Part shown: one piece after another, positions 33,743 to 47,453 of the stretch
Numbering within the stretch: the stretch's first letter is position 1
Layout of the letters: each line of letters opens with the position of its first letter
Source of the DNA: Marsupella aquatica
Taxonomy: Eukaryota > Plantae > Marchantiophyta
Assembly (NCBI GenBank): GCA_973895155.1
Contig: OZ316897.1
Span: 17,766,457 to 17,830,456, forward strand
Direction: 5' to 3'
Length of the DNA stretch: 64,000 nt
The notes under the pieces: model-generated
What the model saw: the letters and a program-made list of their open reading frames with translations, nothing else
Database searches by the model: none
Told to the model about the DNA's origin: nothing
Position numbers and translations under genes: made by a program

Positions 33743-36700
33743 TGCGATCGATTATGAGCTCACTGTGAAGGCCACAGAGAAGTCGCTCTACCTCCAAAAC
33801 AAAGTGAATGCTCGACGACAATCTACTCACAATACAATGTCAATGTCGACGGTATTTGTAAGACTGGCGCATTTACCTCGATCTGAACTATGTCAAGAGC
33901 AGACTAGCAGCTTTCCTAAATAGTACATGAGAGCTTCAAAACACGTGCGCAATCTACCATACCCGGCACTTATAAACCAACTTCACGAGGTTCATATACA
34001 GAAGCTGGACGCGAAACAACTTCCATGCCACCGAGGAGGAAAGAAGAAAAATTGGACATTTGCCCCTAGATGAGAAGTCGAATTTAATATGCGTTGCAAA
34101 TCCATTTCTATGCCAGGCAGGATACAAAATCCGGATTACCGGATGGGTACCCAACAGGCTAGAAACCCCAGTTAGGCTTATTTGAACTCGATCTCACCAA
34201 TGAAGACAGGAAGTATCTCGGATCTATTAATAGTTATTTGCTTTAAATTACCATGGCTCACGATGACTTACACGGAAGATGTAAGGATATGTAGTCATTC
34301 ACCTCCTTCGATCCTTACCACAGAGAGGCAAGTCGTGTCGAAAGCTCTCAATATAAAGCATTTTTCATTTGAGAAGCAGCTGGAACCTTCAGGCTGCGTG
34401 ATTATATTAATGATCGCATCTGCTGACCCGACGTCACGATTTTGAATGATGGGTACGTACAACAGTCGTGTTCGACTGAGAGTTTCGCGTCTAGCGTTAG
34501 GTTCTCGATATTTTTCGCTCATGAGCAGGATTGGCTGCATGGACGGAAAGCATGCCCACTGTGACAAACAAGCTTGGCTGGGTTTGGCCCGTGTATTCGA
34601 TCGGCTGGGACGAATGAGAAGACCACACTTCGTACACAATACGAAGAGATTGTTCCGCTGGCTGGCACTCTACCGAAAAATATGAAACGGGTAGGACTTA
34701 TTACGTAGCTCAGAATGGATGTCTCGTCCCCCTGAGGATGGATATCTTCCGAGCAGGGGCTTCGTGGGTTTTCTGTGGCAGTTTCTATCACTCCGAGTGA
34801 TGATCTTGGACCAGTTTGACTTGTGCCCTGACTTGTGCCTGACACAGGAAGTTTGTAAGACTCTAGTTGAACACTCTAGTTGACCACTCTGGCTCAAATT
34901 GACTCCAAATACCAGCCACCCAACAACTAAATTAAACCAGCTCTCCCACAACCAGTATGACCCGTGCCTGAAAGATTTCTAAGACTAGCTGTTGTCCATT
35001 GCCACTTCCCTGGCTCAAATTAACTTCATGTACCTCTCAACGTCTCCTAGAACGGCTATCCCTTACTTCTTCCTCGGCACCTGTTGCAAAATCTAGGCTA
35101 TGCTTGCACTGCGTTCAGATCTGAGATTCCCTTCGCACTTAGGGCACCCATCTCCCTACCTAGGGGCAGAACAACCTAGAAGGGTACTCTAACTTTAAGT
35201 AATGGTGGACGTGAATAGCTTTAAAGGGTGGTAATTGCTAGAGATCCGATGGACTTCTATCAGTGAAGCTGCAGTTGCCTCAATCTGTCTTACTAGTTGT
35301 TATTATCATGAAACTCAACTAAACTAACCAGCTCAATTGCTCTCAGCTGAACCGACTGACTGTAGATTTAAATTATTAGGTTAAGTAAGATGGGGGAATA
35401 AAAAAACTGAAGAGAGACGAACTTATCACCGTCGGTGATGAAAATGTCGGAACAATGAGATTTCTTTTGTTAATCAGTCTAAAGATCGACATCTAACGGC
35501 AAACAAGAAAAACCACAGTTTTCAGAAGTCCCTGAGCTGTTGTGCTTGCTACCTCTGAAAAGTTCAAAGTTCTTTAGAGGGACCAGTTTTGTCCATGCAC
35601 TGTACACCTACACCCAGATCCTGTGACAGATTTTTGGAGATGATCGAGTGTTCGTGTGTGGCAGATGCAACCAAACAAGGGACCAACATGTTCCTAATCA
35701 GGCGCCTCAGATGCAAAAGCTATGTCAATGAAGACTATACGCTTGCGACAAGCAGACTTACGATTATTTTTACAGGTGTTTAAAGGTGTTCCCCTAAGTG
35801 GAAGATTCACTCATGCCTTATCCATCTACATTATGTATGAGAACATGACAAAGGACCATCGCTGTTTTTCATCCTAGAAGGCCATGACAGACTGCATCAG
35901 TAGGAATATCCTACACTAGGAGTTCAACATGGCATCCAACACAAATGGTAGCCCTCGTCTGTTATTTTGTACAAAGCGTATGCCCAATGTCGGATGGAAG
36001 CATGTGCCAATTAATTGAAAAACACGAGTCCTGACGACTATTGGTCACGTAGGGGGCAAGTGAAAGCAGTCTAATTGATTGGTTGAGTGGGATTGAAAAC
36101 GATAGACCAGGCATATGACCACCGACAAGAAGGAAAGACGTCAGGACGCTCTTGTATCCTCACTATTTCGCAAATCCTGCTTCCTTGTGCTTGGACAGAG
36201 TGTGCGACAGAGTTTTCAATCTTGAAGATGGGCAATTGTTGGTGATTCGAGTTAGGTCTATTGTATTTACATCTTACAGATTCAAATTGATCAGCGTTTT
36301 CCTATACAGCGTTTTCCTATCAGTTCTTTCCGGATGCTGCATTTTTTAGCTTGACACCGTCACAATCGCCTCGATTTAGTTACCGATTTGTGGGAGGAAG
36401 CTAGTCAACACTAAAAGGCACTCTAATCATCTAGGTTGCAGTAATCAGTTCACATCAGTAACCAAGTCGAATTTGAAGTGGATGAAATTGTCAGAAATGC
36501 AGCAAAGTTTAGACGTATCTTGCATAGAATTGTGAAAGTTTGGAAGTTTCCAAAGGATAAGTAAAATATCATCCTCTTCACCAGAGCAGTAGTAGGGTAA
36601 CTGGCAGAAGATGGAAATCCTCTCAAGCATACATTGAGTTAATGTGTACCCTTAATTCACAGGGTCCAAACTGATCTCCAGAGTTCTTCCAGGGAAATGA

Positions 36701-36789
36701 GAGTAATCAGCAATCTTAATCCTCCGAGAGATGAAATGGATGCTTCAATCCACTTTGGTTCAGTTTGGTTTTGCAGTTGACACAGTCCT

Positions 36790-37130
36790 TTAATGAAGCA
36801 TAACATTTATCGGGAGACCCGAAAAACTAATTAACAATGGATTTCAAGATAACGGACAGCTGAGCATCAAGAACACGTCATCCGTACTGCATGGAATTTG
36901 AATCAAAACTCTAATGAGCCCGTGCATCGTAATCAGAAACAACAAGAAAGTGTCACAAATTTATAACCTTTGATGATGCATACTATTTATCGGGAGACCG
37001 AAAAACTAATTGACAAATTGATTTCAAGATAAAGGACAGATGAGCATGAAGAAACACATCAACCCTACTACATGGAATTTGACTCAGCAATCACAATCAG
37101 AACAAGAAGAAACTGTCACAAATTCATAAC
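36790..37130. repeat. ~180-bp tandem duplication specific to unit C
   Basis: 'tttatcgggagacc.gaaaaactaatt...gatttcaagataa.ggacag...tgtcacaaatt.ataacc' occurs twice here and once at ~17920-18095. Confidence 0.75.
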
Positions 37131-38132
37131 CACATCAAAAATAGTCAAGCTCAAGTCGAACAGACCAATATGAAGGTCAAAAGTCCAAAACACACCCAAC
37201 TCAAGATTGGACAGAGACAGTTGAAGCTAGCCACAGTGTTGCAATCCGCTGAAGCAAAAATAGTATCATCTCTCAGCAATGCTCAAATAATTCGTATCAC
37301 TCATCAACAGCTACACTAGACAGAGACGAGCCGGAATTGAAACAATCTACAAACTTGAGATTTATTTATAAAGACTAAGAGATCGTCCTCAATGTTTAAA
37401 GCAAACGTGGTGGGAGAACGAAAACGGGACAGTGTACAGCACAGCGGGAGTGCCGATTTCTGCCGCAGAGACGTTCAAAACTGCAGGAGGCATCGATCAT
37501 GGCAGAAATTTTAGTATGACCAAGTGAAATATCACTGAATGCTCGAAAAGTGGGTGTCGTAGAGTACTAAGATTTTTGTGCTTTAAACCATATGAAATCT
37601 GAGTGAGCGAGGCGGGGAGAGCATCTTAACGCCAACGACAGATAACCCAACATTTTGCTAAACAGAATGTGTTAAGCGATGTTTCAGTGTCCCAAATTCC
37701 TGCTTAGGTACCCTGCATGCCTGAAGTTAATTCCTCGAATTGAAGTCTTCTGAAACAGCCACAACTATTTTTCCTACAGAAAACTTCATGGAGTTCCCAG
37801 AAAACATAAAGATGGGGGAAGTCTTGTGATTTTCCTCCGACTATGTGGAGTGGTTAAACCTTTTGGAAATTTCAACTGTACACAGTGAATGACGGACTAA
37901 TCTTTGTAAGTTCATAATTCTCTCAGTTCATCATGAAAACTATATAATTATGTTAGACCGGTTGCGAAGATTTTTCCAAGATACTTTGAACCAGCTCAAG
38001 AATAGCTGATTCCGGTATGGAGAGCCATAGCGAAAGTCACTTTGCTGTTGAAACTGTTTTGGAAATGAGAAGAGTGTTAATGAGTGATGGGGAGTTGCAT
38101 GGTTCATGGCTCGTCTGAAGGGTGCATCATTT

Positions 38133-38343
38133 TAGTCATTTCCTTTAAACCACAACTGCCAATACATAAGTGGGAAAGTATCCAAGATTTCTCTCTTTTT
38201 CCAATCAATGTCCAATCACTTCTTTCTTCTAAAGTGCCTAGTCATTTCCTTTAAACCACAACTGCCAATACATAAGTGGGAAGTATCCAAGATTTCTCAC
38301 TTTTTCCAATCAATGTCCAATCATTTCTTTCCTCTAAAGTACC
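38133..38343. repeat. ~105-bp tandem duplication
   Basis: 'tagtcatttcctttaaaccacaactgccaatacataagtgggaa...caatcaatgtccaatca' occurs twice. Confidence 0.85.
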
Positions 38344-39349
38344 AGTCTGCTCCACAATTTCAGAAAAAAACTACCATATTAGTGGAGTTTGTATTCTATG
38401 GGTAACATGTAGCTCTTGAAGGGCTGTGGTTCAAAAACTATACCATCCAAAACTACTGTCAGGGCCCACAGTTTTAGAGTAAAGCCTCTGGACCTCATGT
38501 CAAGGAGGGGAACTGAAGGTGGAATGAAAATGGGGTCAAATAAAATCACCCAAACATTTGAACCTGAACTTGCTTGGATGTCAGCATACAATACATCCAT
38601 TTTTTAATAAGATGATGCTTCCATGGACAGTAGACACAAACCACAAAATCTGGAAGGACTAATTAAGAAGACTCCCTATGACATTGTGAGTAAAATGCGG
38701 ACCATATGAGCTGCAAAATTTATAGGTGCATTTTGGCCAACCTAAAGGTCCATCCGCGCTTCATTTTCCCTTTCTTAACATGCTAGTAAAAATAATAAAT
38801 CTAGCCTGATGGCACTTGGTACAGGACACGCGTCAGGACTTCACTGCAGAAGCGTCGTAGGAATGAGGAATTGAGGACACCGCGAATCGTGTCAGCCCAA
38901 CGTCACGAAGGACTTGCTGAATTGAGGACCGCAAAAAGAGTGGGGGCCTCCACTATTTTAGCCCACGAACTAACGGTGCATGACTCTATGGGCGCAGTCA
39001 ACAGCAAATGATGGCGTTTGCACGAAAAGTCACTCTCCTTTCTTTTCCTCCCTTTTCTCCTTTTTGGTCTGTTAATTAAAGTCATACTCCCTTTTTTGTC
39101 CTTTTGTCCCTTTAAAGTCATACTCCTTCACTTGTCGCAATCCAGGGACCAATCATCGTCGAAGCCTTTGTTTTCTCTCTTTGTTTTCCTCTTATTGGGT
39201 CTTTTAAAGTCATACTTCGTTTTGTCTTGTAGAGTCCTACTCCTTCACTTGTAGTCATCAAGGGACCATCATTCTACCGTCGAAGAACGTTGCTCTTGTA
39301 ACTGCTCCTGAAAGAGCCTGTCAAGGTGATCTTTAAATCTTTAGGGTAT

Positions 39350-40445
39350 TGTCAAACCATATTATGTGGAATCCCGTCCAAAACGTCTGTTTACAAAATC
39401 ACTTCTGGAAGGGCGCAGGAGGCTGGCTTCAGGCCAATCCAGTCATTCCTCACCTACGGATGTCTTCAGCGGAGTTTGCGACAGCCATGCGTCTTCGTAT
39501 GGGCTTGCCCCACCCACTTCTTGCTGGTTTACCTCCTACTTGCACTTGTGGGAAACCTTGTGATGCCACAGGTGTCCATCTTCTTCGATGCAGTTTGGGC
39601 GGCGAAACCATTTTTATTCACGACGCTGTGAGAGATGCGACTGCTCAGGTTCTCTCTGGCTCTTTGGTCTGCGCGCGGCGGGAGGTGGTGCTCGAGTTAC
39701 CTGGTCCTCCATCACAGCGATTACGGGTGGATCTTACCATGGTCCGTGAAGGTCACCGTACTTTGGCAGATGTAGTGGTGGCAAACCCATTGCGCCAAGA
39801 CATCATTGGGACAGCGGCAACAACGGCAGGGGCAGCAGCATCACGAGCAGCAACAACGAAGGAGGCCAAATATGTTGCACGAGCTTCATTCGATAGCTTC
39901 CTGCCCCTTGCTCTTGAGATATTTGGGCGTCTCCATCATCAGTTCGATGGGCTTCTTCGCCAAGCTGCTCGGGATGTTCACGGCCGGATGGGTCCCACCG
40001 GGCCCCCGCTATCTGTTTTGACCACGCACTTTCGCCAACGCATTTCAGTCACCTTACAGCGTGCTCAAGCTCGGGCCGTCTATCGTCGATCTCTGACAGT
40101 GGGTGCTAGTGTGACTCCGCAGCGGCTAGCCCCCCTAGAGGACATTCCTGTCCCACTTGCCGATCTAGTTTCGACACTTGATGTAGACCACTAGCTTGTT
40201 GCCACATTTGCTAGGTATGATGAGGACCTCGGTCCATTTGCGGTAGTTTTAGTTCCTCTTTCTTGGTTTTTAGGGGTTTCCTTTTGCTCACTTCTTTTAG
40301 TTCCTCTTTCTTGGTTTTTAGGGTTTCCTTTTGCTCACTTCTTTTGCGTTTGGTTTTGTCCACTTGGGACCTCTCTTGTTTATTCTTTTGTACTCTATTT
40401 GGCCTTTTCTCTGTAAAAAGTATGTGTATATATTTTATTTTATTT
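39350..40445 (+). mobile_element. 5'-truncated RLE-type (CRE-like) non-LTR retrotransposon, copy 2
   Basis: GAGGWLQANP..EFATAMRLRMGLP, then CCHC finger CTCGKPCDATGVHLLRC, HDAVRD, and RLE core RVDLTM..ADVVV..KEAKY..PLALEIFG. Followed by a T-rich 3' UTR and a short (tattt)n tail. Confidence 0.75.
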
Positions 40446-41099
40446 TACTTCTGGAAGGAATCTATAATAGCCTGCTGCTTTATTCTATCAATTTCTTGGA
40501 CTGTGTGAATATCAGAAAATGGAGCAAGCTGTATAGGTAAGCAAAATACAAATAATTAGTTCAAGGACCCCTTGGTTATGTATGTTTGTATTTTATTGAA
40601 CTATTGGGAGTCATGAAGAGTTGCACATTGGAATAGATAGATAAGAAGACAAAGTTTGTATGGAGGATTCTAAATATAATGAGTTTTAAAGGTACAATAG
40701 TTAGGACAATACCATTGAATACAAATAGGTGTGCATTCATGGTAATACTGAGGGCAATTCCATCATGCAAAACTTTTCCCTTAGTACCTCTATGTCTATA
40801 GAATACATGTAACATTCTATATAGTTCATGCAAACAATTACTTTGTCCATGGTGGTTGAAAAGGTCTTAGAGTCCCTTGGTATTCCTCTACGCATAGTAG
40901 TTATGGTTTTTCTTACCTATCCATAGTAGCAAAAGTGTTTCTTAAGTTACCTTGGGAAAGTGTTAGAGAAGTTGAAAAGTTTCTTTCTACTTGTCATTAT
41001 TTCAAAAATGTGTAAATTAAACAGAAAATTGAAACAGATTACCAGAAAACACTGATACATCAATCACAACTCATCCAAAGATTTATTTCTTTCAACCCT

Positions 41100-41335
41100 A
41101 GTTTACCTTTTTCTTTGTTTATTTGAAATGCTACTTTTTAATCTTCCATGTTTTTACAGTTACATGGTCTAGCTGTTTTTCTTTGCCTTGCCTCAAACAA
41201 TAATAGTAAGATTTGGTTCTTGTTGCATAACTAACAGTTATTGTTTGTGACAAATCATGCTGATGTGACTACACGTGCATTCAGGAATTTTGGAAGGAAC
41301 TTCACATGGAGGTCCGTAAATACATGTCCAAGAAA
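41100..41335. repeat. Dispersed repeat; second copy at ~51945-52165, weaker inverted relatives near 21760 and 30745
   Basis: Shared 'agttacatggtcta.ctgttttt.tttgccttgcctcaaa' and 'atgtgactacacgtgcat.caggaattttggaag'. Confidence 0.75.
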
Positions 41336-42229
41336 TGCAAGCTATAACTTAGGGGTGGCTTAGTTACAACAACTTGGGACAGCAGTTTCTATTTTCCTAT
41401 GTGTGAAATGCAATCCTGGCCATTCATATGTGGGACCAGGCCATATTTTACATGAACTTAGAGGCACAATCAAGCAAAACCATTACCAAATATAGTCATT
41501 CCTTAGTGGGCCCCCTTTGGGTTCCTTTTTTCCTTGATCTGTACATGCTTTTTATCAAAAACTTAGGGGTCCTCTTGAGGTGATCTAAAAAACTGGAACA
41601 ACGGTTGCAAGGGAGTTAGATTTATTACTTCTAGACCTCACACATTTGGGCTCAGGCATTCTAACTTAAGTGTATAGAAGTGGCCATCACCTTTGCTTTG
41701 GATAAAGAGACACTGACAGGCCCCACCATCTTGTAAAGCCCCCCTTAGGTAGAAGCCTACACTCACAGAGTAGTGGCTAGGGACATAGACTGGTAGAGGA
41801 AGTGTAAGATATATGGGGATAGTCTGCACTCAATCAATATAGTAGCTAGGGCAAAAAGAAGCATGACAAGCAAACTATTTTTCCCTTTGGAATACTCTTT
41901 TCCTTCATTAGAGATGTTTTACCTTTTTCCACTTTGAAATTTCTTTAAGGAGACAATGCTATGAGTTTTTGTAGTTATTTTGTTTTCTAGGTGTTTTTTT
42001 TTTTTTTGGGGGGGGGCGGGTTGGTTGATGTGTTGTGGGGCTTTTATCCATTGGGGAAATAGGCAAGGAAACTTTTTTTAAGGTGCATGTAGTTTTTGGG
42101 TTGGTTGTTGCATATGCCAAGATGCTAGGAGATCAATCATCATAAGGATCCCTCAACCCTACTCCCTAAACCCTAAATGTGTCATCACCCTAGGATCCCT
42201 CTTGAATTGCTATTATCTAACAATCTCAC

Positions 42230-42609
42230 TTTGTTGTGCAATCATGACATATTTTGCACAATGTCATCATTTCTATAACCACATCTTTTGTAAAAGGCCA
42301 TCTTTTATGCATTAATATCTTTTACACAACGACAACTTTTGTGCAACGCACGGGCATTGAGCCTCGCCTAACGGTTGTTGGCAGTATTGAGCCTTGCCTA
42401 CTTCGATATTGTTGCCTCACCTTGACATCTTAACTTGTCTGAACTTTTTTGCCTTGTCTTGACAACTTTGCTTTGCTCGACACCTTTACTTTGCCTTGAC
42501 ATCTTTGCCTCATCTCAACACCTTTGTCTCACCTTGACACCTTTGCCTCACCTCAACATCTTTGCCTCGACACAACGTCTTATGTGTATCTCACATGCAC
42601 TGGGCTAGT
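42230..42609 (+). mobile_element. Helitron-like 3' terminal region
   Basis: 'gtgcaacgcacgggcattgagc' at 42341, internal 'tttgcctc/ttgacacc' repeats, and end 'gcactgggCTAGt'. Confidence 0.5.
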
Positions 42610-44401
42610 AAGGCCATAAATGTTGAAGAGGGAGCACGGAGGGAGGGGGGATGGTAGGAAACTAAAAACCTCATTTATTTTTATTTCTAAAAGGAATATT
42701 TATTCATTATTTTCTGAATTGGACATACTCAAATTATAGATCTCATCATGATGTCTCTTTGCACAATCTTGTGGGGGGTCACTTCCACGGAAGTGGCACA
42801 TCAAGTACAACAAAGTATAGACCCATTTAAATGGGTGTGGCAGAAGACTTCCAATGTTTTGTGGAAGAACACATAGGGCATGGTTTATTGACTGGTTGGT
42901 TTTAAAAAACACATAGGCTTATATAATTGTAATTAAAAAATTCTTTAAAAAATAAATTTAGGGGTTTTTTAGTAAAACATGGAAAAATACAAAGAAAGAA
43001 AGGATTTTGCAAAAAACAAATCACTTATAAGTTAGGGGGTTCAAACCCTAAAACATCACAAGCAATGTATGACCCTCCATATACTGATCCCCTCCCCGAG
43101 TGCACCACAGCCCCGACCATAGATTGCCTTTAGATATGGATGGACAAGATGTTTAGAGTTGGGTTTAAGACAATAAAGAATGGACAATAAGGATTGTAGA
43201 AGGACAGGTTTTTGAATGAGAGCTCCGGATAACCTGAAGGCTCTTGTAATGCAAGTTGTGGTTTTAATAAGTATTTTTTAATTTGTCGGTGTTGCTAATA
43301 TCCTAGTGCATCCCAGTTGGAGAACAACTAAGTGATTATTATAAACAAGGGGGTCCACATGGAACCCCTAGTAAAGAATTTGTTCATCATGTATGTTTAT
43401 AGAATACTCCTGAGAACACTCTAAGCATCCAGGTGTAAACACTGACTTTTCAATGTATATGTTGGTAATGAAATTCAGAATGAGTAAGAGAATAAGATCA
43501 ACCTTGGTATAATACATGGTCGCTCTTGTTGGACTGCGGGCTCAATAGCTCCATAACTTTTGCTTGGACAAGATTGGATCGCATCTGTCATCTTGGTCCA
43601 ACAAACTGCTCTCCGATCCTTTACTGGCAAGACGATGTTAGTCAAACATGTGTTGCAAGCAATTCCCATAATTTAATCATGATTGTGATGTATCTCAAGG
43701 AGTCTGCAGGGCTGGCAAAGAAACTCACTATACTCTGTAGGGATTTATTATGGGGCTACAACCCAGAGGGTGGAAACCTGATCCCCCTGGTGCCCACCCT
43801 GGTGGCATGGGCCAAATTGGCTTGGCCTAGAGTAGAGGGTGGTTTAGCGTACAAAGATTTTTGGAGTGATTATGATGCATTGCTAGCTTTAAGTGGTTTA
43901 CTAAGGCTCTGAATCTTCCTAAAGGAGAATGGTCCATAATGCTAGCTGCCAATCTGAACTTGATGGGATGGATTAATTACAACTTGGGCATTAGAGGGAA
44001 TGGGAGAAGGAACAACTACACTTTCTGTGACCAGTTACTTCTTTGCTCCCCCACTCCCACTATGGATTATCACATTTGTACTGGTGGGCTCTGGAAAGCT
44101 TGGGGCTCATTTGGGCTCATCTCCCGGATGAGGACCCCTGGCCACTAGAGCATCACTGACACCCTGCATTGCTTGGTGCAATTCAACTCCTTACTAAATG
44201 AGGATATCTTAGCTATAGGACTAAGAACCATTAGAGACAGATGGACCTTGTTTGAGGAGGGCTGTTGATAGTATTTACCTCTCTGGTGGAACAATCTATG
44301 TTGATTCTGGAGAGAGTTTTAAGATTTGGCCAAGGCTTTCCTATAGACTATCTGGGGTGCAAGCTCTTGTAGTGCTGACATAGTCTCTAACCGTGCACAT
44401 C

Positions 44402-44708
44402 CTAGGGTCCTCACTTATTTCCTTTCTACCCATATGCCATCACGCAAAAATAAGTATACTCAGGGTTTGTTTATTGGGTTGAGAAGAATACTTTTAAATT
44501 TCTATAGAAGAACATTAGGGTTTTTAAAAATCTAATTTTGAGAATTATAAGAGAAGATAGTGTTTTGAAAATGATTTTTGGGAATATTTTTAGAATATTC
44601 CAAAAAGATAGGGTAAAAAATAGCTTTTCTTTTCTTGTTTTTAGGGTGTTTGATAGCTAAAAATGTCAAGCATGTTATGAGAGCCCTTTTAGAGTGAGGC
44701 CCCCAAAG
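44402..44708. mobile_element. MITE (family M1), 307 bp, 8-bp TSD
   Basis: Ends ctagggtcctcact / agtgaggcccccaaag; flanks tgcacatc / tgcgcatc; internally related, in inverted orientation, to 47159-47453. Confidence 0.7.
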
Positions 44709-45012
44709 TGCGCATCCATGGCGATGGATGAACCAGATGGAGCCCCTTAAGGACAAGTTAGAATTATAGAGAAGTGCAGGATATGTACCAATAAATTCTT
44801 TGACCAGAGTTCTAAGGGTATGAGCACCTGAAATGCATATGGTCCATTACCAGATGAGAGCAAGTGGAGCAACGAATGGTTGGCCTTATGGGGTTGAGAT
44901 GTTTTGGCCAGGGCCAAACCTTCCTTTGGCACATTATCATGGGTGGTCTCTTCACTGGGGATTGTGCATTGAAGATTAAATTAGCAAGCAATATTGACTG
45001 CAAGCTCTATGC

Positions 45013-45352
45013 TGTTGAGCATAGACGACATTTGCAACTGCAAGCCCATGAACCATCCAACGTACAAGAGTTGACACAAAGAGATACATGGTTCACCTCC
45101 ACATGAGACTACGTCCACGGGAACACACAAGAGCTTTACTGCACTCTAGGCCGACAGGCCATATCAAGCATCCACAGCACAAGCTCTCCCTATCTCTCAA
45201 CTAGGTCCGTAATAATGAGCCTAAGTTCCACCCAGGGTCTGTCATCAGCCCTGGCTAAATACACAACAACCGCTAACATTAGCTAAGTCCTAACCCGAGT
45301 TAAACTAAATGTGGTTAGCTCATAAGTCACAAGACTAGAGCAACATCTAACA
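45013..45352 (-). repeat. Copia-2 3' LTR (340 bp)
   Basis: tgttgagc...tctaaca; about 16 substitutions and 2 indels versus the 5' LTR by hand count. Confidence 0.95.
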
Positions 45353-46221
45353 AACTCCCCCTTAACTCTTGTCTTGGGGACTGGACTAAATCCTACCATA
45401 TGGAATACTCAACGGGAAGTTCTAGACAATCACCTAAACAGGTCTCCCCCTAAAAACCACAAGGGTTAACTAAGGGTTAACTAGAACTAAGTCGTAGCCA
45501 AACTGGAATGAGTAATACATATACAAATAGTCACACATTGCTAAATAACTTTATTTGCACTACAACTGCAAAACCTGCAAAGTAGCACAGTGTCTTGAGA
45601 AACTCTCCAAAGGAATCACTTTGGTAAAGGCATCAGCGGGATTGAGCTTTCCATCAATCTTGACTAGCTCAAAAGTTTTATCAGACACTGCTTGCCTGAT
45701 AAAATGCTGTCGGATATCAATGTGCTTCACCCTGTTATCCATCACCTGGTTAGCACTCTGACTCTCACAGTTTAGAGTCATTTTGCCATGCTCTAAACCC
45801 ATCTCCGCGATCAACTTATCCAACCAAATTGTTTCCTTTGCTGCTTCTGCTACTGTAACATACTCTGCTTCTGTAGTAGACTGAGATATACACTTTTGCA
45901 AGGTAGATTTCCAATTGATACATCCTCCTCCAAGAGTAAATATAAAACTAGTTGTAAACCTCCTTGTATCCAGACAGCCTCCATAGTCAGAATCTACATA
46001 GCCAACTAACGTTCTATCTAATATGTCATCAAATAGTAATCCATAGTCATGTGTTCCCTTCACATACCTGAGAATCCACTTCACAGCTTCCCAATGTACC
46101 TTCCCTGGATTTGACATGAATCTGCTAACCTTGCCCATTGCTAGGGCCAAGTTAGGCCTAGTTCAAGTCATCAAATACATCAGACTGCCTACTGCCTTCT
46201 CATAAGGAATCTTAGCCATCA

Positions 46222-46859
46222 GGTCTCATTCACAATTGGGTGTACCTCACAGGAACCACTTTCAGGACTCAAAAACATGCTTTTTTAGTAAAAAATGACT
46301 TTCGTAACATGGAAAAAGCTTCGTCATGATTTTATCTCAAGACATTTAAGTCTAATTTTTTCACAAGGCTATTTTACATGGTGTAACCTACCTCACCATG
46401 TAGATAAATCAAGTTTTTAACTTTTTTAAGGGATCCTATTATTGATGGCCCTAAATAAGCCAAAATTACTGATTATTTTTGTCTTGTACATAAAGGTTTA
46501 GTGTGTGTCAATATTTGAGTTTTAAAATATAAGATTATTCTATTAGTATGCATGCCTTGGTAAAATTTCATTGTCTAAAATGCAAGTTTTAGAGTCCTTT
46601 CGAGTCCTGAAATGATGTGACTCGTTGCGTGACAAGTCCTTTTATCGATCTTTGAAGGACATATAAGGAAAGCTTCAAAGTCTCAAATGCTAGATAGTTT
46701 AATTAATGTTACCAACCTACAGGATGTTTATTAAGTATAGTACATCAAATTTTGCATATCATCTCATTACACCTTACAAATGATGTCCTAAAGCATAATA
46801 AACTATGGTCACTTCTGAGTGTGACGTTCCTTTTGGGTCCTCCAATTGTGAATGAGGCC
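46222..46859. mobile_element. MITE (family M2), 638 bp, inside Copia-2 RT
   Basis: 18-bp TIR ggtctcattcacaattgg / ccaattgtgaatgaggcc (1 mismatch); duplicated target atca; removal restores AVEKGLMAKIPY. Confidence 0.85.
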
Positions 46860-47158
46860 ATCAGACCTTTCTCCACAGCATCCGTAGGAGAGAACGTTGA
46901 TGATAACTTAAAATGTGAAGCTAAAGGAATACTCACTAGCTTACAGTTTTCCATGTTTAATTATGCAAGTACCTTCCTTGCATACTTGCCTTGATTCAAG
47001 CATAACTGTCCAGTATCAGAGTTCCTAAAATCTTCATCCCTAAGATCCTCTTGGCCTTACCAAGATCCTTCATCCTGAATTCAGAATTCAATTTCGCCTT
47101 GATTTTGTAAACCTCAAATTGATCTTTAGTCACAATTAGCATGTCATCCACATAGGTA

Positions 47159-47453
47159 CTCGGGGGTCTCACTATATGGATGTCTCCCCATCCCTGCGAC
47201 GTTTTTAGGCCTCAGACCCCCTAAAATGTAAGAAAAAAATATATTTTTCAACCCCTATAAAGTTGGAATATTCTTGGAATATTCCAAAAATTTGGTTAGA
47301 AAGACTCTAATGTTCTTATAAGTCTCAAAATTGAATTTAAAGGACCCTATTGTTCTTCTACAAAAATTCTTAAGTCTTCCCTTCAAACCAATAAATTGAC
47401 CCTATATTTCGTCGCACGTGATGTGCCATTTTTGTGGAAGTGAAACCCCCGAG
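47159..47453. mobile_element. MITE (family M1), 295 bp, perfect 8-bp TSD, inside the RT YVDD motif
   Basis: TIR ctcgggggtctcac / gtgaaacccccgag; TSD cataggta at 47151-47158 and 47454-47461. Confidence 0.92.

Larger units (their letters stand above)
31660..37225. repeat. Segmental duplication unit C (most complete unit)
   Basis: Contains homologues of 10870-13175, 22528-23754 plus 29462-29640, and 17215-18200, in collinear order. Confidence 0.82.
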
